Shown here: positions 1 through 8,705 of the stretch, piece by piece
Position numbering within the stretch: position 1 is the stretch's first letter
Layout: every line of letters begins with the position of its first letter
NCBI GenBank assembly: GCA_023402175.1
Contig: JAEXCN010000099.1
Coordinates: forward strand, 25,178-57,177
Length of the DNA stretch: 32,000 bases
Direction of reading: 5' to 3'
Source: Pseudomonadota bacterium
GTDB lineage: Bacteria; Myxococcota_A; Polyangia; Polyangiales; Polyangiaceae
Made by a program: the position numbers and the translations under genes
Notes under the pieces: model-generated
What the model was told of the DNA's origin: nothing
Databases searched by the model: none
Seen by the model: only the letters and a program-made list of their open reading frames with translations

Positions 1-395
1 TTCTGCTCGACGACGTGGAACTTGTGATTGAAGCGGATCGTCAGCTTCTGCGGCGGGAAGATCGCCGCCGACGGTCCGGTGTCTTGCTCGAACGCGCCCG
101 GCGGAAGCCATTTGAGCGGGACGCGCGCGTTGCTCGCGAGAGGCGCGAGCCCCGACGAGAGCTTCGCCTGCGCGACGGGTGACGAGTGCGCCGGACCGGC
201 GGGCCCGGGCTCTTCCTGCGGGACGACCGAGGCGGAAGGTGCTGCCTCCGTCGTCGGCGGCGGCGCGGGCGTCTCCTGCGCGAACGCCGTCCCGATCGCG
301 CCGAGGATGACGACGACGAGGACGATGAGAGCGCCGAGGCCTCGGCGCGCCTCCGTCTCCTCCGTCCTCTCGATGTCGCTCGCTGCCGGGTTCAT
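1..395 (-). CDS. partial CDS (N-terminus in window, runs off left edge): membrane-anchored protein, possibly c3/c7-cytochrome-like
   Basis: ATG at 395 (revcomp reads MNPAASDIERTEE...). One hydrophobic helix GLGALIVLVVVILGAIGTAF, a Pro/Ala linker, and ...TIRFNHKFHVVEQ at the edge. Absent from the ORF track because no stop lies in the window. Starts 10 nt after the stop of the upstream beta-barrel gene. Confidence 0.5.
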   Translation of the reverse strand, partial: MNPAASDIERTEETEARRGLGALIVLVVVILGAIGTAFAQETPAPPPTTEAAPSASVVPQEEPGPAGPAHSSPVAQAKLSSGLAPLASNARVPLKWLPPGAFEQDTGPSAAIFPPQKLTIRFNHKFHVVEQ

Positions 396-405
396 GTCCT
401 GCTTC

Positions 406-2028
406 TCACTTCGAAAGGGCGATGGTGAGCCAGACCATTGCGCGGAAGCGCTGCCCGGCGATGCGGTTCATGTCGTGCTGGAAGTCCGCCAGCACCATCG
501 AGCGGGGAAACATCTTGTATCCCGCGCCGAGGACGTAGCCGAAGTTGGTCGCGTCGCGATCCGGACGGAGCTTGTCGTTCCACTGCCACACGCCCGTGCG
601 CGCCTGGAGGACGTAGCGCGTCTCGAGCGTGCGCTCTCCGTAGAGATCGAGCCCGACGCGGTCGCCGGTGTGATGGAGGTCGGCGGCACCACGCGCGCCG
701 ATGAAGCCCTCGCCGATGCGGTAGCGACCGGCGAGGTTCGCGCCTCCCATCGCATCGATCCCGCTCGACGGGTAGTAGTTGCCCTCGTACAGCCCGTTCG
801 GGGACGTCTGGAACGTGAGGTCCTTCTCGGGCTCCGTCTGAACGGTGAACGCGCGCGCGCGGAGCGCTCCCGACACCGAGACGCGCGGATCCGGATCCCA
901 CGACGCGCGGAGGCCGATGTCGTTCATCGGCATCGCCATGAAGAAGTTCCAGATGGAGTCGCCGTCGAACGTCGGCCGGAAGTAGTCGTAATCGACGCTC
1001 AGCGTGAGCTTCTGCGTCGTGTACCAGTCGAGCGAGGCGTAGATGTTCGCCATCGTCTTGACGTAGAGGTCGTACGCGAAGCCTGCCTTGATGCCGCCGA
1101 TCGTCGGCAGCGAGCCGTCGACCGCGTAGCCGACGCGCTCCTGCGAGATGCGCGTCCCGTCGTACGTCGCGTTCGTGCGGATGCCATTCGTGAACTGCGA
1201 GACGTTCGACGATCCCGTGTTGTAGACGCGACGATACGTCAGTCGGCCGTGCAGCCAGGTGATGCCGGCGGACTCGAGGGCAGCTCCGATCGCGGGCGCG
1301 ATGTCGTTCGGCTGGAACGACGGATAGAGCGTCGGATCGCGCTCGTAGTCGGTTCGATCGCCGCGCCAGATGCCGTCGCGTTCGTAGCGCGACGTCGCGA
1401 ACGGCAGTCCGCCGCGCTGCTCGAGCCCTCCGTACAGCTCGAGCGCGAAGTAGTACGGCGTCGTGACCTTCACCTGCCCGCCGTCGAAGGACCACCAGCC
1501 GAGCGCGTCGGTCACGTACTGCCGGCCGAGGCGGAAGCCGAGCAGGCCGTTCAAGAACCGCCGCCCCTCGATGTAGCCGTACATCAGATCGACGGGCCCG
1601 CGGGAGAACCCCGGGACGAGGCGGTCCGGACGGTTCACCGCCGTCTCTTCGGCACTGCCGCCGTAGTCGGCGTCGTATCGGAGGCGCGCGCGGAACGTCA
1701 GCGTCGGGGCGCGAGGGTCGTCGACCTTGTCGAACAGATCGTACGCGGCGACGCCGAGCGTCGTCGTCAGTCGCCGCCGCGCGATGATGGTCTGCCCGGT
1801 GGGGCTCCGCATCTCGTAGAACTGCGCGGCGGTCTCGCTCGTGATCTCGGCATCGATGGGGCGATCGGCCGGCGGCGGCGCCTTGATCGTCGGGCCGACG
1901 GACGACGCGGTCGCGTTTCCGTTCGGTGACGTCGACGACGTGTCCTGCGCGCTCGCGGCGGCCGTCGCGAGCGTCGAGGCCGAGAGTGCCGCGCCGAGCA
2001 GGAAGAAAAGGGAAGGGCGAACACGCAT
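406..2028 (-). CDS. putative outer-membrane beta-barrel protein (540 aa)
   Basis: In-frame ATG at 2028 inside the 406..3933 ORF gives MRVRPSLFFLLGAALSASTLATAAASAQD (signal peptide). The rest is rich in alternating aromatic/Gly/Arg strands (YGYIEGRRFLNGLLGFRLGRQY...). The upstream part of the track ORF is antisense to the kinase gene and is rejected. Confidence 0.6.
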   Translation of the reverse strand: MRVRPSLFFLLGAALSASTLATAAASAQDTSSTSPNGNATASSVGPTIKAPPPADRPIDAEITSETAAQFYEMRSPTGQTIIARRRLTTTLGVAAYDLFDKVDDPRAPTLTFRARLRYDADYGGSAEETAVNRPDRLVPGFSRGPVDLMYGYIEGRRFLNGLLGFRLGRQYVTDALGWWSFDGGQVKVTTPYYFALELYGGLEQRGGLPFATSRYERDGIWRGDRTDYERDPTLYPSFQPNDIAPAIGAALESAGITWLHGRLTYRRVYNTGSSNVSQFTNGIRTNATYDGTRISQERVGYAVDGSLPTIGGIKAGFAYDLYVKTMANIYASLDWYTTQKLTLSVDYDYFRPTFDGDSIWNFFMAMPMNDIGLRASWDPDPRVSVSGALRARAFTVQTEPEKDLTFQTSPNGLYEGNYYPSSGIDAMGGANLAGRYRIGEGFIGARGAADLHHTGDRVGLDLYGERTLETRYVLQARTGVWQWNDKLRPDRDATNFGYVLGAGYKMFPRSMVLADFQHDMNRIAGQRFRAMVWLTIALSK

Positions 2029-2220
2029 CGCTGGAGAACGCCGCGGCGTCGTCCTGCAGCGCGGCGGGAGCATCACGAACCGCTGTGCTTGTGTCAACGT
2101 CGATCCACCGCCGAGGTGGGCTCGGCGGTGCTGGGCGATCCTCGCTCGACCGAATCCCCCACGGCAGATGCCCCGAGACCCGCGTTTTGATCGCAACTTG
2201 TTGACGCATCGCGGCTCCGG

Positions 2221-3663
2221 GTGGCACGCTCCATGGGCCGCGGCATGACCGAGAGCGCCCAAAGATATCGCGTTGTCGAGAAGCTCGAGTCGGGCGGTAT
2301 GGCCGAAGTGTTCCGCGCCGAGAGCGAGGGGCTTCAGGGCTTTCGCAAGCAGGTCGCGATCAAACGCGTTCTGCCGCACCTGAGCGAGAAGAAGCGCTTC
2401 ATCGCGATGTTCCTCGACGAGGCGCGCATTTCGGCTCAGCTGACGCATTCGAACTGCGTCCAGGTCTTCGACATCGGCGTCGGCGACAGCGCGTACTTCA
2501 TCGTCATGGAGTACGTCGACGGCGCGAACCTGAAGTCGATCGCCGAGTCGCTCAAGAAGCAGGGAAAGGACTTCCCGGTCGCGGCCGCCGCGTTCATCGC
2601 GCACGAGATCTGCAAAGGCCTCAGCTACGCGCACGAGCTGACGGACCAGAACGGGATGCCGCTCAACATCGTCCACCGCGACATGTCCCCGCCGAACGTC
2701 CTCGTGACGAAATACGGCGAGGTGAAGATCGTGGACTTCGGCCTGGCGAAGGCGAGCTCGCAGCTCGAGAAGAGCGAGCCCGGCATCATCAAGGGCAAGT
2801 TCTCCTATCTGTCGCCCGAGGCCGCGATGGGCCAGGAGGTCGACAAGAAGACGGACATCTTCGCGGTCGGCATCATCCTCTGGGAGCTGCTCGCAGGGCA
2901 GCGTCTGTTCCTCGGCGAGACCGACTTCCAGACGGTGAAGAAGGTCCAGCAGGCCCAGGTGCCGCCGATCTCGCAGGTCAATCGCAAGGTTCCGCCGGAG
3001 CTCGAGCGCATCGTCAACAAGGCCCTCGCGCGCGACATGCTCCAGCGGTACGGCTCCGCGAGGGAGCTCGGTCAGGACCTCGTTCGCTTCCTCTACGCGT
3101 ACGGTCAGCCGATCGGCACGTTCGACGTCGCGACCATCGTGCAGAGCACGATGCGCGAGAAGCAGCGCGTGAGGCCGCCCCAAGGCTCGATCATCGACAA
3201 GCTGATCGAGGAGGCGCTCTTCGAGTTCACCTCGCTCAAGGAAGACGGCGCGCCGTCCGAGGGCGCCATCAAGGTCGGAGCCGCCGCTCCGTTGAACCCC
3301 GGGCAGTTCGTCGATCCGACCAACTGGGCCGAGGAGATCGCGATCCAGGAGAAGCGCCCGGTCCAGACGTTCGAGCAGATGCGCCACTCGCTGCCGGGCG
3401 AGGTGTTCGAGCAGGGGAACCTCTCCGCGCTCGAGGAGGAGCCGCTGCCGGGATCCGCTCCGCAGCCGTCGCTCTCCGTCTCGACGACGCAGCATTCGCA
3501 CTCGAGCCCTCCTCCAGCGAGCTCCCAGCGCTCGGGGCGGGAGCCAGGCAAGACGGCGAAGAGCGGCGGGGCGAGCAGCGCGGCGATCGGCGTCGTGTTG
3601 TTCCTCGTCGTTGCCGCCGCCGCCGGGGCGGCCTGGTTCTCGGGGCTGATACCCCATCAATAG
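2221..3663 (+). CDS. Hanks-type Ser/Thr protein kinase with C-terminal membrane anchor
   Basis: Motifs GGMAEVF...VAIKRV, HRDMSPPNVLV, DFGLAKA and SPE. Ser/Pro-rich linker, then the TM helix AAIGVVLFLVVAAAAGAAWF. The start may instead be ATG 2233 or 2245. Confidence 0.9.
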   Translation: MARSMGRGMTESAQRYRVVEKLESGGMAEVFRAESEGLQGFRKQVAIKRVLPHLSEKKRFIAMFLDEARISAQLTHSNCVQVFDIGVGDSAYFIVMEYVDGANLKSIAESLKKQGKDFPVAAAAFIAHEICKGLSYAHELTDQNGMPLNIVHRDMSPPNVLVTKYGEVKIVDFGLAKASSQLEKSEPGIIKGKFSYLSPEAAMGQEVDKKTDIFAVGIILWELLAGQRLFLGETDFQTVKKVQQAQVPPISQVNRKVPPELERIVNKALARDMLQRYGSARELGQDLVRFLYAYGQPIGTFDVATIVQSTMREKQRVRPPQGSIIDKLIEEALFEFTSLKEDGAPSEGAIKVGAAAPLNPGQFVDPTNWAEEIAIQEKRPVQTFEQMRHSLPGEVFEQGNLSALEEEPLPGSAPQPSLSVSTTQHSHSSPPPASSQRSGREPGKTAKSGGASSAAIGVVLFLVVAAAAGAAWFSGLIPHQ

Positions 3664-3667
3664 TTGA

Positions 3668-4468
3668 ATGCGCGTGGCGTCCGATGTAGCCATCGGCTGG
3701 ATGGGCGCGCTCGGACGTCGTACTGCCGTCTTGCTCCTCGCGGGGAGCGGGGTGTCGTGCGCGCTCTTCACGTCGCCGAGCGAGGGGCGGAGCGGGCCGT
3801 GCCCTGCCGGCATGGCGTACGTCACCATCGAAGAGTCGCCGCGTCGCTCGTACTGCATCGACAGGTGGGAAGGGTCGATCGTCGAGCTCCGCGGCAACAA
3901 GGAGGTCGCGCACCCTCCGTACGAGCCGGTCACGAACCTGAAGGTGAAGGCCGTCGCGAAGGCGGGCGTCGTCCCGCAAGGCTACATCTCGAAGAACGAG
4001 GCGGAGGCCGCGTGCAAGGCCGCACGCAAGCGACTCTGCTCCGGCGAGGAATGGCAGTTCGCGTGTCGCGGCAAGAAGCCGACGACGTTCCCGTACGGCG
4101 ACGAGCGCAAAGAGGGCTACTGCAACGACTCGGGGAGGGCGCCGCTCGCGACGCTGAACCCTGGGCTCGGTGACGCGATCTACTCGTCCGCGGAGGCGCT
4201 CAACGATCCGCGCATCAACAAGGCGCCGAACACGGTCGCGAAGACGGGCGAGTTCTCGAAGTGCAAGAACGCCTTCGGCGTCCATGACATGGTCGGCAAC
4301 CTGCACGAGTGGACGGCCGACGTGAACGGCTCGCGCGGCGTCTTCCGCGGCGGCTACTACCAGGACACGCACCTCAACGGCGACGGGTGCAAGTACAAGA
4401 CTGTCGCGCACGACGTGACGTATCACGACTACTCGACTGGCTTCCGCTGCTGCGCTGACGCTCGCTGA
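3668..4468 (+). CDS. FGE-sulfatase (SUMF1/formylglycine-generating enzyme-like) domain lipoprotein
   Basis: Signal ...VLLLAGSGVSC, plus GVHDMVGNLHEWT, RGG and STGFRCC motifs typical of the FGE-sulfatase fold. Begins 5 nt after the kinase stop. Confidence 0.8.
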   Translation: MRVASDVAIGWMGALGRRTAVLLLAGSGVSCALFTSPSEGRSGPCPAGMAYVTIEESPRRSYCIDRWEGSIVELRGNKEVAHPPYEPVTNLKVKAVAKAGVVPQGYISKNEAEAACKAARKRLCSGEEWQFACRGKKPTTFPYGDERKEGYCNDSGRAPLATLNPGLGDAIYSSAEALNDPRINKAPNTVAKTGEFSKCKNAFGVHDMVGNLHEWTADVNGSRGVFRGGYYQDTHLNGDGCKYKTVAHDVTYHDYSTGFRCCADAR

Positions 4469-4483
4469 CGCGCATCCCGCGGC

Positions 4484-5203
4484 TCACTTGCACTCGATGG
4501 GTCGTCCCGGGCGGTTCGTCACGATGCAGCCCGTCTTGCACGTCAGCGACTTCGTGAAGACGCCGCCCTGGCAGACGAGCTCCGTCCTGCCGTCGACCGA
4601 GCAGACGACCTGTCCGGGGATCCCGCATGGATCGCCTGCGAGCGAGAGCGTCTCGTCACACGAAGGCGTCTCGCCCTTGCTCCAGCATCCGTACTGGCCG
4701 CGGCAATAGCGGTACATCTCGAACTTGCCGTTCCGGCAGATGAGCATCTGCTTCTGGTCGACGTCGCACGCGACCGCGCCTTGCGTCTTGCAAGGATCAC
4801 CCTTCTCCGCCACGGACGTGTCGCACGACACGGAGCGCCCGAGCATCGAGCATCCGGCCTTGCCGCGGCATTCGAGGTACGGCTCGAATCGCCCGCCCTT
4901 GCAGACGAGGGCGTGCTTCTGATCGGGCGAGCACGCGTATTCGTCGTCCTCGCCCATGCAGGCGTCGCCGGCACTGGCGACGGACGTATCGCAGTTGGCG
5001 TGGTCCTGGTACTTCGAGCAACCCGTCGGGCCTCCGCAGGCGACCTCGACGAACGTGCCGCCGCGGCAGGCGATGGCCGTCTTCTTGTCGACGCAGGTGG
5101 ACTCGGCGCCCTTGCAGCTACTGCCCGCCTTCTTCTTGCACGCGGTGCCGAGCAAGGCGGAGGCGGCCAATGCGAAGACGATGACGACCTGCCTCTTCCT
5201 CAT
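4484..5203 (-). CDS. Cys-rich lipoprotein with four ~50-aa tandem repeats
   Basis: ATG 5203 gives MRKRQVVIVFALAASALLGTAC (lipobox). This is followed by four repeats of C-x-D-x(4)-L/I-x-C-x-x-G-x-F-x(4)-C-x(3-4)-GC...CD-x-S/T-x-A-x-x-GD-x-C. Confidence 0.7.
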   Translation of the reverse strand: MRKRQVVIVFALAASALLGTACKKKAGSSCKGAESTCVDKKTAIACRGGTFVEVACGGPTGCSKYQDHANCDTSVASAGDACMGEDDEYACSPDQKHALVCKGGRFEPYLECRGKAGCSMLGRSVSCDTSVAEKGDPCKTQGAVACDVDQKQMLICRNGKFEMYRYCRGQYGCWSKGETPSCDETLSLAGDPCGIPGQVVCSVDGRTELVCQGGVFTKSLTCKTGCIVTNRPGRPIECK

Positions 5204-5259
5204 GATTCGATGGTCCCTCGGCGAGGAGGCGCACGATCCCGACGTCGCTCGTGCTGGCG

Positions 5260-6567
5260 TCAGGCGCCTCCCGGATCGGGACAAGCGTAGAACGCGGCCA
5301 GCACCTTGGTCATCATTGCTGGATCCTTCGCGCCGCCGAGCTCGCGGACCGAGTGCATGCTGAGCATCGGATTGCCGACGTCGACGGTGCGGATCCCGAG
5401 CAGCGTGGACGCGATCGGCCCGATCGTGCTCCCGCAGGGGAGGTCCGTTCGGTGTGCATAGTGCTGCACCGGCACCTCGGCCTTCGCGCAGAGCTCCCGG
5501 AAGAGGACCGCGGTCGGCCCGGAGGTCGCGTACCGCTGCTGCGCGTTGATCTTGATGACCGGCCCGCCGTTGAGCACCGGCTTGTGACGCGACTCGTGAC
5601 GTCCCTCGTAGTTCGGATGGACGGCATGGGCCATGTCGGCCGAGACGCAGAGCGAGCCGGCGAGCGCGCGGTGGTAGTCCTCGCGTGAGCCACCCCGTCC
5701 GGCGACGATCCGCTCGAGCGCACGCGGCAAGAACCCGGAGTGCGCGCCGTACGCGCTCTCGCTGCCGACCTCCTCGTGATCGAAGAGGGCGACGACGGGA
5801 ACGACGTCGCCGGCTGCAGCACGTGGCGCGGCATCGATCAGCGCGCGGAGGCCTGCGTGGCACATCGCCTGGTTGTCGAGGCGGGCGGAGAAGATCATCT
5901 CCTCGTCGCGACCACCGAGCGTCGGCGCGACGACGTCGTAGAGCATCAGCTCGCTGCCGACGATCGTCTCGCGAGCGACCTTCAGCTCGTCGGCGAGGAG
6001 GGCGTTCAGGTCCTTCTCGGAGTCGCCCGCGAGGCCGAAGATCGGCGCGAGGTGCTCCTGACGGTTTAGCTTGAGCCCTTCGTTGACCTCGCGATCGAGG
6101 TGGATGGCGAGCTGCGCGACGCGGAGCATCGGCTTCGTGAAGCGCACGAGCTTCGTCTCGACACGGTCGCCCTCGCGGACGAACACGCGCCCGGCGAGCG
6201 ACAGGTCACGATCGAGCCACGAGTTCAGGAGAACGCCGCCGTAGACCTCGACCCCGAGCTGGGCATAGCCCTCCTTCTTGTACTCGGGGTTCGGCTTCAG
6301 CCGCAGGTTCGGGCTGTCGGTGTGGGCGCCGACGATGCGGAAGCCGGAGATGCGCTTGCCCTCGGGGATCACGAACGCGAAGACGCTCGAGCCGCCGTGC
6401 GCGAACGTGTACCCGCCCGGCTGGAGATCGGTCCAGCTGTCGGCCTCGGCGATCGGCCGGAACCCGGCGGCGACGAGCCGCTCGGTGGCGCTCCGGACGG
6501 CATGGAACGGGGTCGGGGAGGCGCCGAGGAAGGCGAGGAGGTCCTCGAGGATCGGGTCGGTCTTCAC
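5260..6567 (-). CDS. apeB: M18-family aminopeptidase (aspartyl aminopeptidase / aminopeptidase 2)
   Basis: 435 aa. N-terminus ...LLAFLGASPTPFHAV, then GAHTDSPNLRLKP, DHEEVGS and SADMAHAVHPNY motifs. Confidence 0.9.
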   Translation of the reverse strand: MKTDPILEDLLAFLGASPTPFHAVRSATERLVAAGFRPIAEADSWTDLQPGGYTFAHGGSSVFAFVIPEGKRISGFRIVGAHTDSPNLRLKPNPEYKKEGYAQLGVEVYGGVLLNSWLDRDLSLAGRVFVREGDRVETKLVRFTKPMLRVAQLAIHLDREVNEGLKLNRQEHLAPIFGLAGDSEKDLNALLADELKVARETIVGSELMLYDVVAPTLGGRDEEMIFSARLDNQAMCHAGLRALIDAAPRAAAGDVVPVVALFDHEEVGSESAYGAHSGFLPRALERIVAGRGGSREDYHRALAGSLCVSADMAHAVHPNYEGRHESRHKPVLNGGPVIKINAQQRYATSGPTAVLFRELCAKAEVPVQHYAHRTDLPCGSTIGPIASTLLGIRTVDVGNPMLSMHSVRELGGAKDPAMMTKVLAAFYACPDPGGA

Positions 6568-6631
6568 GGTCCGCGCATCCTAGTCCGACCCGGCCTTGCG
6601 TGAGAGGCGGAGCGGCGGTAGTAACTCAGGC

Positions 6632-6799
6632 ATGAGTGACGACAACGCGATGGAACGGGAAATCCCCGCGGAGGAGGAAGATGCCGGCACCGACCTCGCC
6701 GCGATCGATCGCACGGGTCACGACGCACGCCTGACGCCGCCGATCGGCGCCGCGCTCAGCGTGCTCTGGTGGGTCGAAGGCGAGCCGGTCCCTCGCTGA
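6632..6799 (+). CDS. small hypothetical acidic protein (55 aa)
   Basis: ATG 6632 within track ORF 6596..6799. High GC3, divergent from apeB, weak RBS. Confidence 0.25.
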   Translation: MSDDNAMEREIPAEEEDAGTDLAAIDRTGHDARLTPPIGAALSVLWWVEGEPVPR

Positions 6800-6917
6800 G
6801 GCCGAGGCCCCCGCCGGTCCACAGTAGTCGCCGTTGTTTGCCCGGGCCGTGCCCCGCGGTGCCGACGTCACGCATGACGTTCGACCCCGCAGGGAGCTTG
6901 GCCCCGGACGACGTCGG

Positions 6918-7682
6918 CTAGCGCTTCTTGCCCTTCGCGGGCTTGCCGGCGGGCTTCCTCGCGACCGGCTTCTTCGCAGCCGCCTTCTTCGCGGCGGGCT
7001 TGGCGGCGACCTTCTTGGTCACGGCCGGCTTCGCGGCAGCCTTGGGCTTCGCGGCCGGAGCCTTCGCTTTCGCTTTCGCCTTCGCGGGCGGCGCGGCCTT
7101 CGCCGGAGCCTTGGCCTTCGCCGGAGGCGGCGGAGGAGGAGGCTTGGCGACCACCTTCTTGCTCGGCGGCGCAGCCTTCACCGGCTTCGTCTTCTTCGGG
7201 GCCTCCTCGACCTCTTCCTCCTCTTCTTCCTCGTCGATCGGCGGCGGCGGAGGTCGCGGCGGAGGCGGCTTTCTCGGGTCGGGGAGGTACTTGCTGAAGA
7301 AGGTCCGCATCGGCGTGAAGTACTTGTCGTTCCACGTCTCGCGGGACTTCTCGCTCTGGCCTTCGGGGATCTCCGTGTGGAGGACCGTCAAGCGGGTGCT
7401 TCCACCGAGCGCCTCGAAGTGCAGCTCGGCGCGCGAGTCCGCCGCCTCCCGTGGAAAGTCGGTCGAGCGCCAGCTCATGACGATGCGCCGACCGAGGTCG
7501 AGGTTCACCAGCTTGCCGCTGATGTACCCATCGAGCGCGGTGAAATTTCCACCAACCTGCGAGTCGATCTTGGCCGCCCCGCCGGTCATCGCACTGTGCT
7601 GCTCGGCATTCAGCCAAGCGAGGTAGAGCGTGGTGGGAGCCGCCGGGATCGTCGTCGAGACGCGGAGGGCCTCCTTCTTCAT
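6918..7682 (-). CDS. SRPBCC/AHSA1-like domain protein with histone-H1-like Lys/Ala/Pro tail
   Basis: ATG 7682 (MKKEALRVSTTIPAAP...WLNAEQHSAMTG...) gives an Aha1/START-like core. It is followed by a PPPRPPPPP-EEEEEE linker and a ~90-aa AKPAAKKAAAK tail. Confidence 0.75.
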   Translation of the reverse strand: MKKEALRVSTTIPAAPTTLYLAWLNAEQHSAMTGGAAKIDSQVGGNFTALDGYISGKLVNLDLGRRIVMSWRSTDFPREAADSRAELHFEALGGSTRLTVLHTEIPEGQSEKSRETWNDKYFTPMRTFFSKYLPDPRKPPPPRPPPPPIDEEEEEEEVEEAPKKTKPVKAAPPSKKVVAKPPPPPPPAKAKAPAKAAPPAKAKAKAKAPAAKPKAAAKPAVTKKVAAKPAAKKAAAKKPVARKPAGKPAKGKKR

Positions 7683-7868
7683 GAGGAGCAGCGTAACTCG
7701 GTCGACGAGACAGAAGCTAAAATCTCGCTTGCTGAACGACGATGATTTCGGCGCCCGTTCGGGACATCGAAACAACCCCGGAACGGCTGGGCCCCGGTAA
7801 TCCGGCTCGTTTCGAGCCTCGTATGGGGTCGACAACTCGGCGCCAGCTAAAGAGCCGTATTTCCAGGG

Positions 7869-7952
7869 CGGAAGTCAGGCGACTCGAACACCATACCTTG
7901 CGGTACGCACCGGGTAGCGGCCGGGCCCGCGACCATTGGCGGTTTGACTTCC
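7869..7952 (-). tRNA. tRNA-Ser(GCU), class II, 84 nt
   Basis: Acceptor GGAAGTC/GACTTCC. D CCGC-CAATGGTC-GCGG. AC loop CCGCTAC (C33). Variable arm TACC-GCAA-GGTA. T-arm TGGTG-TTCGAGT-CGCCT. A8. Confidence 0.75.
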
Positions 7953-7988
7953 ATAAGCCACGTCGTCGTCGGCCCCGAAGGAACAATC

Positions 7989-8045
7989 GTCAGCTCACCG
8001 GGGTTGAACCGGCAGCCTCTGCTCTCGGCCACGTTGGCGAGCAGT
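7989..8045 (-). pseudogene. truncated tRNA-like remnant (hairpin plus T-arm, ~57 nt)
   Basis: Hairpin CTGCTC...GAGCAG followed by T-arm GCCGG-TTCAACC-CCGGT. No complete cloverleaf and only 5/7 acceptor pairs. Confidence 0.4.
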
Positions 8046-8118
8046 ACGGGGCGAGAGGATCGAACTCTCCTAGCCCTGCTTGTGAGGCAGGTGTCATCAC
8101 CAGATGAGCGGGCCCCGC
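8045..8118 (-). tRNA. tRNA-Val(CAC), 74 nt, degenerate D-stem
   Basis: Acceptor GCGGGGC/GCCCCGT (G1-U72). AC CCTGC-CTCACAA-GCAGG. T GAGAG-TTCGATC-CTCTC. C8, and D-stem GCTC/TGAC mispaired. Confidence 0.65.
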
Positions 8119-8157
8119 GTTCTCCGCCCCGAACCGCAGCTCGGAGCGTTTTGCCGG

Positions 8158-8231
8158 TTCCGGAGGAGGGATTCGCACCCCTCATCCCAGCGGTTCAAAG
8201 CCGCGGATCTTTGCTCTTGGACCACTCCGGA
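8158..8231 (-). tRNA. tRNA-Gln(UUG), 74 nt, non-canonical
   Basis: Acceptor TCCGGAG/CTCCGGA. AC loop CTTTGAA. T-loop TGCGAAT (G55). D-loop CAAGAGCAAA lacks GG. Confidence 0.6.
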
Positions 8232-8285
8232 TCGGGCGCGTCGTGAGCGCTCGTACTCGAGCGCGTCCAGGGCAAGACGCGCCGG

Positions 8286-8354
8286 TCGCTACGGGCAGAG
8301 TCGAACTGCCTGGGCCGCGCTCATGAGGCGCGCCCTCCTCCGAGGAACGCAGCG
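8286..8354 (-). tRNA. tRNA(CAU) Met/Ile2-type, 69 nt, mini D-arm
   Basis: Acceptor CGCTGCG/CGTAGCG. D CCTC-GGAG-GAGG (4-nt loop). AC CGCGC-CTCATGA-GCGCG. T GGCAG-TTCGACT-CTGCC. Confidence 0.65.
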
Positions 8355-8389
8355 ATGCTTGCGTTCTGCACGGATGCGAACGCAGGCGG

Positions 8390-8460
8390 AGCGGTGACCG
8401 AGAATCGCACTCGGATCTCGAGCGTGGCGGGCTCGGGTTCTACTCTTGAACTATCACCGC
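8390..8460 (-). tRNA. tRNA-Gly(GCC), 71 nt, non-canonical
   Basis: Acceptor GCGGTGA/TCACCGC. D GTTC-AAGAGTA-GAAC (no GG). AC CGAGC-CCGCCAC-GCTCG (C33). T CCGAG-TGCGATT-CTCGG (G55). Confidence 0.7.
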
Positions 8461-8566
8461 AGAGGCCGGGCGATGACACCCATCGCGCACGGGTAGAGCG
8501 GCCCTCGCACCGTCCTCATCCTTCGCTACCAGTGAGGTGCCCCGCTCTCTGGCCGTGGGCGGCACG

Positions 8567-8623
8567 TGAAAAGAGCTCGTCCCCAAGTCATGTCCGCTTG
8601 GAGCTGTCCCTCGTGGGGACGAG
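8567..8623 (-). terminator. possible intrinsic terminator downstream of rsr
   Basis: Minus sense: 10-bp GC stem GCTCGTCCCC/GGGGACGAGC followed by TCTTTTC. The apical loop is long (30 nt), so the call is weak. Confidence 0.35.
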
Positions 8624-8705
8624 CAGGTGATCGGCAACGAGGGGCGTGAAGACGGGCCTTCACGGGCATTTGCCGGATGAATTCGATCGAGTCGCAGATC
8701 GACAA

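Noticed and set aside
28-3933. Very long track ORFs (28..1929 +, 392..2227 -, and the N-terminal two thirds of 406..3933 -)
   Set aside because: They are Arg/Ala/Pro-rich translations typical of off-frame or antisense reading in ~70% GC DNA. They overlap the well-supported beta-barrel and kinase genes. Only the 406..2028 part has a signal peptide and protein-like composition.
7683-7868. Search for tmRNA, RNase P RNA, SRP RNA or another tRNA between the AHSA1-like gene and tRNA-Ser(GCU)
   Set aside because: None of the conserved tracts I can recall are present (RNase P GGAAAGTCCGGGC, SRP GGAAGCAGCC, tmRNA tRNA-like end). Only small hairpins are seen (GGCTCG-ttt-CGAGCC, CCGG-taat-CCGG).
8461-8566. 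Y RNA immediately downstream of rsr (the Salmonella-like position)
   Set aside because: The segment contains CACCTCACTGG, which resembles the module 3' strand. No complementary 5' strand, 7x7 loop, H2 arrangement or tRNA-like arms could be found.
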